64,000 nucleotides of DNA from Octopus vulgaris. Taxonomy: Eukaryota. The position numbers were made by a program, and so were the translations under genes. The notes under the pieces are model-generated. The model was not told where the DNA came from and did not search any database. It saw nothing but the letters and a program-made list of their open reading frames with translations. The stretch covers positions 174,406,001-174,470,000 of the forward strand of contig OX597815.1 in the NCBI GenBank assembly GCA_951406725.2. Direction: 5' to 3'. Shown piece after piece: positions 51,363-64,000 of the stretch. Position 1 is the stretch's first letter. Each line of letters opens with the position of its first letter.

Positions 51363-54300
51363 AAACAGTGGAACAGAATGAGAGATACACATGAAGAGAA
51401 AATACAGAGAGAGAGATAAAGTGAAGGAGAATTATAACATTGATTTGTTTACATTTTTATCACTATTTCATATAACAACCTTTTTAAGCAGTCATTAGAT
51501 TTCAATCTTTTGTACTTTGTAGATTCCATTCGTGTGCAAAAAAATAAAGTTCTTTGAAATATATTTTTCAACTTCTACTGATAAACCTATGTAGTGTTTC
51601 AACGCATCATTTAACTAATGAAGTGTTATATGCAGTGACAGTAAAAAAGGAAGGATGGAAAAAAAAGGCAGGGAGCCACAGCATGGTATCGTAAGCTGCT
51701 AGAAACATCAACCAAATCCACCTCAAAGTACACTTTATAAATCTGTCATATACGTACAAGGGGAAGTCAAAAATTATCCGCACTTTTGCCATAGCATATC
51801 TTTATTACTGTAACACTGTTTTCTGTGCATGAATGCATGCTTATAGTTGGTACTATTGTGGTCACATGATCGAAATTTGAGCCTGATCGCATCATTTTTC
51901 TTTCTGGCTTTACTTTGTAAGCATGGCTGCTCCACTAGCAATGTGCACCAAAGAAGAACAAAGAGTAGTGATCCAATTTCTCTGGTTGGAAGGTGTGTCA
52001 GGTGCTGAAATTCATTGGAGGCTTTTAGCACAATACAGGGACGCCCGTCAACCTCCACCACTGATGAGAAGATTCAGCAAACTCAAGAGATGGTAATGAT
52101 GAACCGGCGAGTTATCATCGATGAGGTAGCTTGTTCTCTACAGATAAGTCACGGTTCTGCCTATCAAATTATCCACGATGAGCTCAGCATTCATAAAGTC
52201 TGGGCAAGATGGGTGCCAAGAGAGCTTGCTGCAGAGCACAAGCACAAACATCTTGAGGTCAATTGCTACAACAACGAGGGCGGGGAATTTTTTAGCAGAA
52301 TAGTCACAGGAGATGAAATGTGGGTCCATCATTAAGAAGCAGAATCCAAAAGACAGAATATGGAGTGGAAACATCCTGGCTCACCAGCGACGAAGTAATT
52401 CAAGATTCAGTCTTCTGTGGGAAAGGTGATTCTAACCTTTTCTTGGGACTCAAAAGGGCCTATACTGGAAGACTACTTGGAAAAGGGGTGTACAATCAAC
52501 AGTGCAAGATACAGTACTTTGCTGACCAACAAACTGAATCCAGCAACTCGCACTAAACGCTAAAGCCTATTGTCAAAGAAAATTTTGTTCTTGCATGACA
52601 AAGCACGGCTGCCCAAACTGTTGAAACCATTAACCAATTGGGTTTTGAGGTGCCAGAACACCCTGCTTACAGCCCACCCTTCTGACTATCATATCTTTGA
52701 ACCACTCAAAGATGGTTTACAAGGTTGTTGATTTCCTATGGATGAAGATGTGAAGGAAGTGGTGTATAAATTGTTGCACAACCAACTGAAAAATCTTCTT
52801 CTTCGAGTGAATACGCAAGCTTGTGGACTGCTGGAGCCAACACAGAAACTTCTACATGTTAGGGAGACTAATTAGAAATAGCAGCCCCATCTCTCCCAAG
52901 CCATAACATATGTACGCAAATATGAGTCAACAGGGAAAAACCTCTTCATTTCAACAAGACCTGGCAGAAATGGCAACCACATATATATGAACTATCAAGG
53001 AAGTGTTAGCAAAAACTGGAAAATTACACCACACTATCTTATACATGCATATATGTTTGTATGAGCCAACAAGAGACCACTAAATAATAGCTAGGCTTCA
53101 GAAAGCCAACTTATTTGCAATTTAAATTTTTAAGCATTCTCACTTTCCTCTAAGTGTGAGTAGCCAATAGCTCTTCTACAACAAGGACTCTGCTCTTCCC
53201 CACTCCCTTTTCTCATATCTTAACCCTCATCTCCTAGCATAAAACACTCTGCCCCTTGGGCTCTGTAGTGTTGTGAGCTACAAGGCAAACTTGCTAGTAT
53301 CAGTGGCATGCAAAAAGTACCCTGTACACATTGTAAAGTAGTTGGCATTAAAAAGGGCATCCAGCCATGGAAACCATGCCAAAACAGATGATGGAGCATG
53401 ATGCAGTCCTAGAATTTATCAGATCCTGTTGAGCCATGCTAGCATGGAACATGGATATTAAATGATGATGTTGGTGAATTTCCAGTCAGTCACAAAGGAA
53501 ATTATTGTAAGTTGTTGAACTGAATTTGCCCATGTAAAATACCTGCTTTCACTTGACTGGTACATTATTTTATCAACCCATGGAGGGATAAAAAGCAAAG
53601 TTGTCCACAGTAAGATTTGAATGCAGAACAAAGAGCTAAAACAAATACTGCAAAGTTTTTTCATCCCTATCACTAATGATTCTGTCAGGTCCTCAACTTT
53701 GTTTACTGTTCAAACCTGCATCATAACCAGAGGGAGACCATGTTTTGTGATGTGCATATCAATAAGAAAACATTTTGAGTGCATTGTATATAACTGATAA
53801 TTCTAACCCTGTATTTGCATGTGAATATACATACATATTATATATACACACACATACATATATATATGTATGCACACACACACGCATATATATATACACA
53901 TACATATATGTATGTATAAGATATCAGAAAGGTTTTAGACAGTAGATGCTGTAATTGTACTGTTCAATGAACAATGTATTTTCTGGCAGACAAGTCAAAT
54001 TTTTCCAACCAAAATTTAGAGCCAAAAAAGGTAAGTTGACTTATACACTAAGACAACTTTAGAGGACCAAAAATTCCATGTAAAATACAGCAGGATTTGG
54101 AAAGATAGTGGTGATGTTTGAATGTTTTCACTACATACTATGCCAACTTGTATGCCGGCAAAAACGTATTTGTATAAAGTTAATGATTATTGGTAGTCAG
54201 CCAATTTGAGTCAGTCTGCAAATAGGCATCACACTATCTACTCCTGTTCATGTCTTATAATGTTGTGTTAGAACAGCTCCGCAGTTTTTACAAGGCTGAC

Positions 54301-57300
54301 AATTTCAAGCAACAAGCCAGCATCAAATTTTGCATGAAAACTCAGTAAATCTACTGCCAAATACCTTAAAATGCTTTGTCAGACTTTTGACAAACATTTT
54401 GTAAGCTGAATACAGTGCTTGAAAAGCATGCATGCTTCAAGACCAGCTGAGTGTCATTGCAACATGTTCAGAACAGCCAATCACAAGCAAAACACATGGT
54501 ATGATTTAATCAATGGCATTTGCTATATTTTCACAGAAAGCCTAAACACACATCTTGAAGATTCTCACAGTAAACATAAACATATATCCTGTTGTTACAA
54601 AGTTTGCCCAAGCTCTTGATAATCAAATCAAAAGTGATCACATCACATGTGCCTTACTGTTTTTACCCAAAATGAAACTGAAGCTGAAAGGGCACTGCTT
54701 CAAGATGGTAAATGAAATTCAAAAGGAATTATAGATAGTAGGAGCAGCCTTCATGAAAAGACCCTTCATATACTTTTGAGCTGTGAAATACTGGTATTGC
54801 TATGTACATTCCTAAATAGACTATTTCAAAAATGACAGTTCCCAAATATAAATAATATATGAAATGCTGGCATACATTTTTAGGGAACAGTCTTATAACA
54901 CTTTCTGATGATATATATATATATATATATATATACATACATACATACATACAACAAATAAAAGAATATATATATATTCTTTTATTCATTTCAGTCATTT
55001 GACTGTGGCCATGCTGGAGTACCACTTTGAGGGGTTTTTAGTCGAACAAAACTCCAGGACTTATTTTTTAAAGCCTAGTATTCATTCTACGAGGGACGTT
55101 CAATAAGTAATGCCCCTGACCCACTTGCAGTTGTTAGATCTAGCTGAAATTTTGCATGTGCAATTATTTATATCTCTATAGATTAAGTGGCAAATTACAG
55201 CTCTGAACTAATTGTGGTTTCTGATTTACAGGTGTTTGAACTGAGTCAAGTGTGAAATGGAACCTGTTGAGTGTCGAGCAGTGATCCGGTTTTTGTATTT
55301 GAAAGGACACACACCACGGGAGACTTTCAATGAAATGAAAGTGACTTATGGTGATGATGCCCCATCATATGACCTTGTAAAACGCTGGCATCGTGAATTC
55401 AAACATGGTCGGAACTCTGTGGAAACAGCTCCCAGATCTGGTTGCCCCGCTTCTGCCATTGATGAGGCATCTGTCCGTCAAGTTGAGGCTGCCATTTTGG
55501 AAGATTGACGCATAACTATTCGCCAAATAGCCCATGAGGTCAAGATTAGTACCAGGTCTGTGGAAACTATCATTCATGACCATTTGCATATGCAAAAGGT
55601 GTCTGCCAGATGGATTCCCAGGTTGCTCACACCTTTCCAGAAGCAAGAACACATCGAGTGCTCGAGGATGAATTTGGAGATGTGCCAAGAAGATGAGTCA
55701 AAATTTTTCAAAAGAATTATAACACAGGATGAAACCTGGGTCCATCACTATGATCCAGAGACCAAAGCCCAGTCAATGCAGTGGAAGCACCGTGACTCAC
55801 CTCCTCCAAAGAAGGTAAGGGTGCAGCCCTCTGCTTGCAAGGTCATGCTCACAGCCTTCTGGGACCAGGACGGAGTAGTGATGACAGATTTCCTGGCAAA
55901 GGGTACCACAATTACAGGAGCCTATTATGCTTCACTCTTGAGGAAATTAAGAGAAGCTATCAAAATCAAGAGGCGGGGCAAGATCAGCAAAAGCATCCTC
56001 CTCCTGCAGGACAATGCTCTGGTCCACAACTCGCGTGTCGCCAGATCAGAAGCACAGGTGTGCAGCTATGAACTCCTCCCCCCATCCCCCTACTCTCCTG
56101 GCCTTGCACTCTCTGATTTTCACCTCTTCCCAGCCATGAAGTGTGTTTTTGAATGGAAAGTGTTTCCCAGATGATGCAGCCTTGATTTCTGAAGTCACGT
56201 CGTGGTTGGAGGACCAAGCTGGGGTCTTCTACAAAAACGGTCTCCAGAGCTGCATCAAACAATGAGAGAAATTCGTAACTCTGGGTGATTCCTATGTAGA
56301 AAAAACTAATAACTGCAAAGTTTCGTTGCTCTACTGCTATGGGAAGTGGGTCAGGGGCATTACTTATTGAACGCCCCTCGTGCCAGTCTCTTTTGTCAAA
56401 CCACTAAGTTATCGGGTCATAAACACATCAACACTGGCTGTCAAGCAGTGATGAGAGGTCAAACAGACGCAAAGACATGCACACATAAATACATACATAC
56501 ATATATATATATATATACACACACACAACAGGCTTCTTTCAGTTTTCATCTACCAAATCCACTCACAAGGCTTTAGTCGACCCAAGGCTACAGTAGAAGG
56601 TGCCACACTGATATTTATATACCATGTTCATAATATTTTTTTGTGTGCATATCTATTTTCTCCATGCTGGCATGGGTAAGATGAGATTTATTGAAGTAAT
56701 ATTCTTCAACTGGATGTTCCTCCTGTCACAAACCTTTACCTGTTTTTCAAGTAAGATATTTATATTCCATTGGACTTCACAAGATGAAACAACCAAACTG
56801 CAGGAATATTGTTACCATAGCTAAAAACCATGCCAGGCAAAGACACAGAAATAAACATTTATGCACATATATATCTTATTTCTTTCAGTCATTAGACTGT
56901 GGCTGTACTGGAGCACCACCTTGAATGATTTTAGTTGAACAAATCAACCAAAGTATTTTTTTTAAGGCTAGTACTTATTCTCTCAGTCTCTTTTCTGAAC
57001 CAAGTTCCAGAGGCATAAATATACTAACACTGGTTGTCAAGTGTTGGTGGGGGACAAACACAAGAACAAATACACACACACACACACACATATATATTTA
57101 TTTAATAGCATCCATCTACCAAATCCACTCACAAGGCTTTGGTTGAGCCAAGGTTATAGTATAACACACTTGCCCAAGGTGCCATGCAGTGAGACTGAAC
57201 CCAGTACCATGTGGGTGGTGCTGGGAAGCAAATTTCTTACCACACAACAATGCATGTATATGTAATATGATATAAATACATGTATAACTCTTCTTAATAT

Positions 57301-60300
57301 TGGTTTAAGAACATTTTTGCTGTGACATAAGTCAACCTCACTCAGTATTATGATTGCTTACAATTATATCTTTTTTTTTACTTATACAAGACTTTTTTTA
57401 CTGATTCTGGCTCCTTGGGTGTGGGTGTATACACACACACACACACAGGAAAGGCTTCTGTACAATTTCCATCAACCACTTTTACTCACAAGACATAAGT
57501 CCATCCAAAGCTACTAAGTGGTAGGATGGAATCTGAAACCTGATGGTTAGAAAATGAACTCCATTATTTTACAGCCATACCTGTGCATACAGACATACAA
57601 ACAAGCTAGGAACTAGGACCAATAAAGAAACCTTTCATCAACCAAAAACAGAAAAAAGACATTTGTAAGCACTCTTAATATCAAGTAAAGATATCACAAC
57701 AAAAATATCTTCAAACCAATATTAAACAGAATTAGTATCATGGGTTTCACATTCAGTATTTTGAAGGCAAAATATGACTACCACTCATGGTCAAGAGTAA
57801 AATTTTCCATTTTATATTTTATGGGTACTGCTTGAAATTGGTTTTTAAATACTCTATTCACTGTAGTATGTAAATGGTTTAATCAGCCTTTCAACTTCTA
57901 AATGCTTTAATTTTTTCTTATTTTTTATAACAGGGCCTCAGAGACTAGTGGAAGAAAGGGGAGGAAGAAGATATCCTCAAACTGAAAACCTGGCCTAAAT
58001 GCTTGCAACAGAGAGGGCTGCACCAAAAACACCAGGTGGTGGTGTTAAACCAGGCAACAGGTTAAGTCTTCCACCAAAACAGGTTATGGAAGAATTTGCA
58101 CTCTGAATGCAAACAGCAGAACAAATACTGCAAGGCATTCAGTTTAATATTCTTATATTACCACCAATTCACTGTCTTGGACTGGTACTGTTTATCTAAC
58201 CTGAAAGGATGAAAGGCAGAGTTGACCTCACTGAGATTTGAACTTAGAGTGCAGAGATAAGCCAAATTCAACAATGAATCCAGCAATAAAGAAATAACCC
58301 AAAACTTCATGTGTGTGTGTATGTGTATACACATGTACTTTTATTTCATAGGGTTTACCACACTACCATTCTTCTCATCTTAGGCCAAATATGCTAAAAC
58401 TTGACTTGACCACTTCTTTACTAACAATACCGTACTTTTTTTTACCCTGTACTCATCTACATCAATTCATATCCCATATCTATACAAGTGCAGTAATCTT
58501 TCCAGTATACAATGTCTACCTATATTCTACTTTCCATGCAAAATAAAGTTACACATCCAATAAATCATAATTCTCTACATTGCCCTATACATTCAATGTA
58601 CATGTCTTCACAACTTGTAGTACATATTTTTTTTAACATGCTCCATACAGTCTGCTTTTTGCAAAAGCAACAGCTTCATGAACTTTTCCCACTCTTTTCT
58701 TAGTCTAATAATTATACTTTCCTTTCCAATACATACAATACCAATTAAGTCACCTAAGTAACAAACTAGCCACAACTAGTGAGCTATCTGAGCAAAATTA
58801 AGGATACCCCTATTACTAACTATTCCTGAAAATCTAGTACATGTGAAGTCCTGATTCTTTGTTAGTCTCTTAAAATTTCTACTGCACTTTTTGTATCTTT
58901 TATTCTTTCCCTTCCTGCTAAATCATTTGAGGTTTGGAATTTTTGCAGTAGTTGAAGAAATTCAGTTGTAAGGCATAGTTCATCAGTATAGGGAAGTTCA
59001 TATGGGTAACAAGTCCTCAACTCCAGTGTTATACCATTAAATGCATGTGCGCATGCATATATACATTTTATATGGCTAGCACAGTTAAGTTAATACCAAT
59101 ACTTCTAGTTTAATATGTCATCTTGAAATTCTATTATATAAGTTTTTATACTTACACATATAGCATTATGGCTTTTTTTCTTAGCACAAAACCACAAGTG
59201 TGCTTGATAGATTTTTATGAAGGATTTGTGTTGAGTTTAAAGTGTACATGTAAGATATACAGTTAGCTTTAAGTTATAACATAACAGAAAAATAGGGCCT
59301 TCATTTGTTAAGATAGGTCTTTGTCACCTTTTCTTTGAATATATAGTGTCAAGAATTTTAACTAGCAGGATAACTGTTTATGACAAGGAAGTGTATAGTA
59401 AAAAAGAAGTTCATGACCAATGCATGATGAAATATAAAAGTAAAAGGCTATAAAAGGAGTGCCAAGAAAAATTACAAAAGAATTTCTGACATTTAGAACA
59501 GGTAGAGTAAATACGATAACGGATATTTGAGTTGCTTTTTAGTACTTATGAGAAACTGCATTTGAAGTAAAATGAATCAATGTTTAAAGAAAATGAAATA
59601 ATTGAATATCTGAAAGTTGCTAATATCTAGTTCAATAACACATCATGTGAGACTCAAACTGAAGTAATCTAAGCATTATGGCTCTCATAGGAACCAAATT
59701 AGTACCAAGACAACTGAAAAAAAGTCATACAATGTAACCCAAAAGATGTAAAATGATTCATTATAATAAACTACCATTTTATTTATTTATCTTTTAGCAA
59801 ATAAAAAATCCACTTTTACTGATTTTTGTTTGTTTTCTGGTTTTGTTTTTGGGGCTATGTCTAAGAAACTTGGCACAAATTGAAATTAGCTCTTACATTG
59901 ATTTTTAAATCAAAATGAACAAAGTATATGAAGAAAGAGTACACTATAAATGTCCATGTTATTCTAACTTGATTGTTGTTGAATTATCCTGATTAAGTTA
60001 ACCAAGGTTAAGGGAAGCTCATCATAACTTAAGAGCAACTTAAAATCAGTACCCTTGATTTTTATGGTAAGAGTAACAATTAGAACATGGAGCTACCTTT
60101 GTTTAAAATCTACTCAGATATCACTGAAGATGAAGGTGGCAGTTGTTATGTAATGCTGTATCAGCCTAGAACAAGCAAACTTCTGGTCCATAGAAATTCA
60201 CAAATCAGATATACCATATTTCCACCAAACTGAGGACAAGTAACTCCAACAAGCTAGCCACATGGGTGTGCAGTGTTGTACTTTGAACAAATATTCTCAA

Positions 60301-62776
60301 CATTGTCTAGTATTCCTGTACACCTGTACATTCTGACCAGCAAAGTAGAGTCAGAACATGAGAGCTGTTGATTTTCTGCACTCATCATTAGTGGTGTGCA
60401 TTCCAGCATAGATTTTTTTTTAATTAATGAGATTATTGATGCAGCAGCTATTTTTATGTGCATTTTTTTTTTATCTGAATTAGCGAGGCATATAGTATTT
60501 ATTAAGAAGGCACTATATAGTGTTCTGGGATCGGCTGGGTTTGAAGATGTTGGACTCTGTTACAACAAGCTGTACAACCCACATCTCCTAGCAGAAGCTA
60601 GAAAGAGAAACTAAAGTCATTATACAATGGTCTTGAGGCTTAAAGATTCATTCCTAGTTGATAACCTAACAGAGAATTTGCATATAGTCAGGCTACTAAG
60701 GTTTCAAGTATTGTGGGCTGCATGTGAGTTTGTGTTTTCTGGATTAAAACAAAAAAATTGGTGGTTTCACTATGTTGTTAAAATAACGTTCTGGTATCTG
60801 TGGATGGTTAAAAATGTAGTTGTGGAGTCTTATACAGGATAGCAAAAGCTGGTTATAGCTAATCTTTCAATTTCACATTTTTTATTTCACTATGTAATTT
60901 GATTTTTTTGTATGAGTACTTCGGATTTTTTTTGATTTTTACTTATTTATTAGAGGAAAAAAACTGGTACTAATGATCGTTGCAGCCCACCACCCACCCC
61001 GTCTGCTGTGATAAGTGCAGTTAATGTTCAATTTCGATTTCTGTAAATCAGTCTACAAGAAAACGAGCAAGACAAAGGATAAGAATTCTAGAAGACTTTC
61101 AATATGGGAAGGGATGATATGGCAGAAAGTTAAATGTGGGAGATAAGATATACACAGTAGGGTGACAAGATGAAACAGGTGTTATGCAAAGTAGGAAGCA
61201 GTAGGCTAGTTGAGAGTAGCTGAGGCTGTTGTAATGTAGAACAGAGAGAGATAAACAATATATCTGATCATAGTGTGTTAGTGAATGAATCCTTGCCAAT
61301 CGGTACAATGGTTTTCATTTGAATGCATTCTAGGATGTTTATCTGTATAACAGAACTCTGTAATATAGGTTGCTCCTAAGCTTAGCAGAGGGTTAGTAAT
61401 TAATCAAGGAGGATGTATTTTCCGGGTTTCGAGAAGCTTTGTCTAGAGGATACAGTTTTTGTGATATTAGATTGTGTAGATGTTGACAAAACAAATATAT
61501 ATAAAGTAGAAAATGTTTCTAATGCGACAGAAATACTGAAAAGTTTCGAAACATAAAAAATAACATTAAGAATATTATGAAAATTTCAACTTGACCTTAA
61601 ATTAAACGTATTTAGTCTTTCATAGTAAAACAGACGGATCTAAACATCATTAATGTCTCTTCCGAAAATTGTGTCAGTATCAAATAGCGTAGCGACTTAG
61701 CCTGTCGTTAACATAGAATTAGTATTTTTAAGTGGACACAATATTTCGGTAAAGTAAATAAATACCGTTATTCGAAAATGTATCAATTTTCGAGTATATT
61801 TGTAAATATGCACCTGAGAAAATTAACATTTTTAATGCTTCCATCGTATTCTTAATTTCCAATCAACGAAACAGGACATTAATCAGCAAAATAAGTCTAA
61901 CTGGTTCCTGAAACAAAGTCTATCATTGAAATTATCGAGAGAGAAGCTTTTCATTTTCCCTTCCAGTGTTTCTTTCGTAATTTCTAAAAGAAATGTAAAA
62001 TATGCTTGGAATACTTTATTGAAGAAAAAATAATTACGCACCTGCCAAACAGAACACCTGCTGGTTGAAAGCTACTAAATTTAATTTAATAACGATACAC
62101 GTAGATTTTAGGCCATGACAGAGTGAAGATTTTTCAAAGTGATACAACCACTATAGAAAATCAGATGATCTTTGAAAGAATGCCCACGCAAAACGATATA
62201 CGGCCTTGCCCTTCGATTGTAATACCATCGATATTCATATTATTAAAAAAATCTAGAGTCGTTATTAAAAATCACACATAATAAAGCGGATAAAATACTA
62301 ATATTTAACTTAAACCATCACCAAAATTGGCTAAATTATTAATGGGTTTGAGATAATTTTGAAAAATAATTTTAATCTTCCCTAAATAAATATTCATTCC
62401 AAATTTGAAGGTTATATATCATATGACAGTACTTACTGAGAAAAGGGGAGTGGACAGCTAGGATGATATCTTCTTTGGTTTTATTGTATTAAAACTAAAT
62501 TAACAATCTGTGATGAAAAGAAAATCACAGAAGAAAAATTATATAATTATGAAATGCTAATATAGTATCTTAGTTCCAAATGCAGTGGACGACAATAATG
62601 CGTCTCGGGATCAATGTCCAAACAAGAGGATATATATCAAACGAAGAAGCTACCATCAGTTCTTATTTTCAAGACAAAACAGTAAATAACTTACGCTTTC
62701 TAGCTTCGGCTACTTTCTCGGCAGCTTTCTTTTCAGCAGCCAAAAGTTGTTGTATTCCAGCAGATTGACTAGCCAT
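47119..62776 (-). CDS. ATP6V1G1: V-type proton ATPase subunit G, complement(join(47119..47289,48216..48316,62695..62776)), 117 aa
   Basis: Translation: MASQSAGIQQLLAAEKKAAEKVAEARKRKARRLKQAKEEAQAEIESFRAESDSKYKEYENKVLGSRGDMEQSIQDSTQRKIVDLNNMVKKNREYALKKLLDMVYDIKPELHENFKSL*. Exons are 82+101+171 nt with GT-AG introns. Confidence 0.96.
48216..48316 (-). CDS. ATP6V1G1: V-ATPase subunit G coding exon 2
   Basis: Acceptor tttaaag|GA and donor AAG|gttagt; encodes RKARRLKQAKEEAQAEIESFRAESDSKYKEYENK. Confidence 0.95.
48390..48766 (+). mobile_element. SINE (second family) about 75 bp into V-ATPase G intron 1 from exon 2
   Basis: Collinear with 31229-31620. Confidence 0.85.
51757..52835 (+). mobile_element. 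mariner transposon relic, 3' TIR not seen
   Basis: TA-CAAGGGGAAGTCAAAAATTATCCG start; WVPREL, IVTGDEMWVHH and LHDKAR fragments. Confidence 0.8.
54290..54665 (+). mobile_element. Highly decayed mariner transposase N-terminal fragment
   Basis: QQASIKFCMK-like start typical of the mariner HTH region; many disruptions; boundaries approximate. Confidence 0.45.
55090..56380 (+). mobile_element. Full-length mariner (1291 bp) with a nonsense codon and a frameshift
   Basis: About 37-bp TIRs with 1 mismatch. ORFs 55257-55508 and 55560-56174 are in the same frame, separated by one TGA. Motifs WIPRLL, TQDETW, LQDNA, YSPGLALSDF. Confidence 0.93.
62695..62776 (-). CDS. ATP6V1G1: V-ATPase subunit G coding exon 1
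   Basis: ATG at 62776; encodes MASQSAGIQQLLAAEKKAAEKVAEARK; donor C|gtaagt. Confidence 0.96.
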
Positions 62777-62844
62777 AATAGATTTATTTGGAAGAAAATT
62801 AGCGAGGTGAAGTACGTGAGGTCTTCTGCAACTGTAGTGGACTA

Positions 62845-62854
62845 GTCATGTGAC
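62845..62854. promoter_or_regulatory. CLEAR/M-box (MiT/TFE binding site) upstream of V-ATPase G
   Basis: GTCATGTGAC, a 9/10 match to GTCACGTGAC, about 70 bp upstream of the ATG. Confidence 0.7.
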
Positions 62855-63470
62855 ATCACAAAAGCGGATGTTTGATGACGTTTTATCACTAAGTTTGTGT
62901 CAACAATGAGTCGGGATTACCTCCCTTCGCTTTTAATATTTTTGTTGGTTCTCATTGCAATGCAAAGGCAATTAGGGCAAGAAATGGACTTTAGTCAAAC
63001 TATGAACCTCAGTAATATATATACAAGTTCTGGTAATTGTTCAGTTTGCATTCGTAAAAAAAAAAGTGTACAAGGACATAACTAAATACACTAAAGTATG
63101 TTCTCTGATACTTCACTCATTCATGTCACCCCTTCATCCTTATCTGTTATTTACAACTGATTTCTAGCTTCGTTTTCGAGAAAATGATTATTTACTTGAT
63201 ATATAAAACTATTTGTATCTCTCACATATAAATCTGTATTTCTGACTTGTTATCTAGCTATCATTTCTTGGTGCTTTCTTCTTTCCTTTCATAAAACAGA
63301 CTTGCAGCTAAAAGTACGCCTCAAAAAAATAAACAAGAACTGAAAAAAAAACTAAAATGTAAGTTATCAATATTATCGACAATACGTTTTGATTTTACTA
63401 ACGTAAACTGAACAATTATCCAGATTCTTATTTCATAAACACCAACTGACTAGAAAGTTAGTTCAGGCCT

Positions 63471-63556
63471 TGATGGATGTAAAGAATACGCACACCACCT
63501 GTTTTCGGCGTAACCCTAACCCTAAACAAACGGGTGTGCGTATTCTTTACCTTTGC
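63471..63556. repeat. Mini element with 18-bp inverted arms enclosing telomere-like repeats
   Basis: GTAAAGAATACGCACACC ... TAACCCTAACCCTAA ... GGTGTGCGTATTCTTTAC, flanked by the direct repeat TCAGGCCT. Confidence 0.75.
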
Positions 63557-64000
63557 TCAGGCCTCTACTTGGTACTTTCTTCACCATCTAATAATATTCT
63601 TCATAATACGTTAGCGTGGTGTCAAATTGTAAATGGACCAAACGATTAACGAGACTGAGCTTGTGACTTAAGTTCTTTGGCTCACTGCTCTTTACATTTC
63701 TCATACTGTTAATACCTGAGATAGATATGAATATCACGCAATTTCATTCCACCTTCCGTTGGAATTATCGACGAGGACTTTGTGTCTACGTGGGCAATTA
63801 ATATTTATATTGTACAATATTTTTTAACATCACGAAGAAATGAAATATATAAAGGTCTTAAAGAATAAGGAATTTTTTAGAATTTTCCTTATAAAAATAT
63901 TTTTTGAAAATACACTTCGTTGAAATAACGATATTAAACGCTAGTGTAATATACTGAATGTCGAACGCAAGAGAAATTATAATTGACGAAGATGCACTGG

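Noticed and set aside
60250-61500. Possible nested gene in V-ATPase G intron 1 (ORFs 60254-60463, 60396-60614, 61099-61308; also 49697-49940)
   Set aside because: No recognisable domain or consistent splice pattern; more likely old retroelement debris that I could not classify
62580-62768. Plus-strand ORFs 62580-62768 and 48151-48413, and minus-strand ORF 36472-36723
   Set aside because: Antisense shadows of real exons
63511-63525. Telomere or chromosome end
   Set aside because: Only about 2.5 TAACCC units, enclosed in an inverted repeat with ordinary sequence beyond

Overview
AT-rich, repeat-dense eukaryotic DNA. The SINE families, (TA)n/(CA)n microsatellites and LINE types look like an octopus genome (inference, not a database result). 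Two convergent intron-containing genes are supported. On the + strand is a 1-acyl-sn-glycerol-3-phosphate acyltransferase (AGPAT1/2-like) with five coding exons at 14099-36850; its first coding exon was not found in the window. On the - strand is a complete three-exon V-type H+-ATPase subunit G gene (62776-47119, 117 aa) with a CLEAR/M-box just upstream. The rest is largely mobile-element debris: Tc1/mariner copies, CR1- and RTE-type LINE fragments, tRNA-derived SINEs, non-autonomous Helitrons, TTAA-flanked piggyBac-like MITEs, a solo LTR, hAT relics and Penelope-like fragments. The most notable observations are four. (1) A 118-aa C-terminal extension of the AGPAT carries a candidate PKA-anchoring (AKAP) helix, a PP2A-B56 LxxIxE motif and a basophilic phosphosite. 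(2) A near-perfect ~640-bp palindrome lies in an AGPAT intron. (3) Hammerhead-ribozyme-like motifs have a U3-A8 compensatory core. (4) Several 30-36-bp hairpins sit next to microsatellites or AT-rich DNA.
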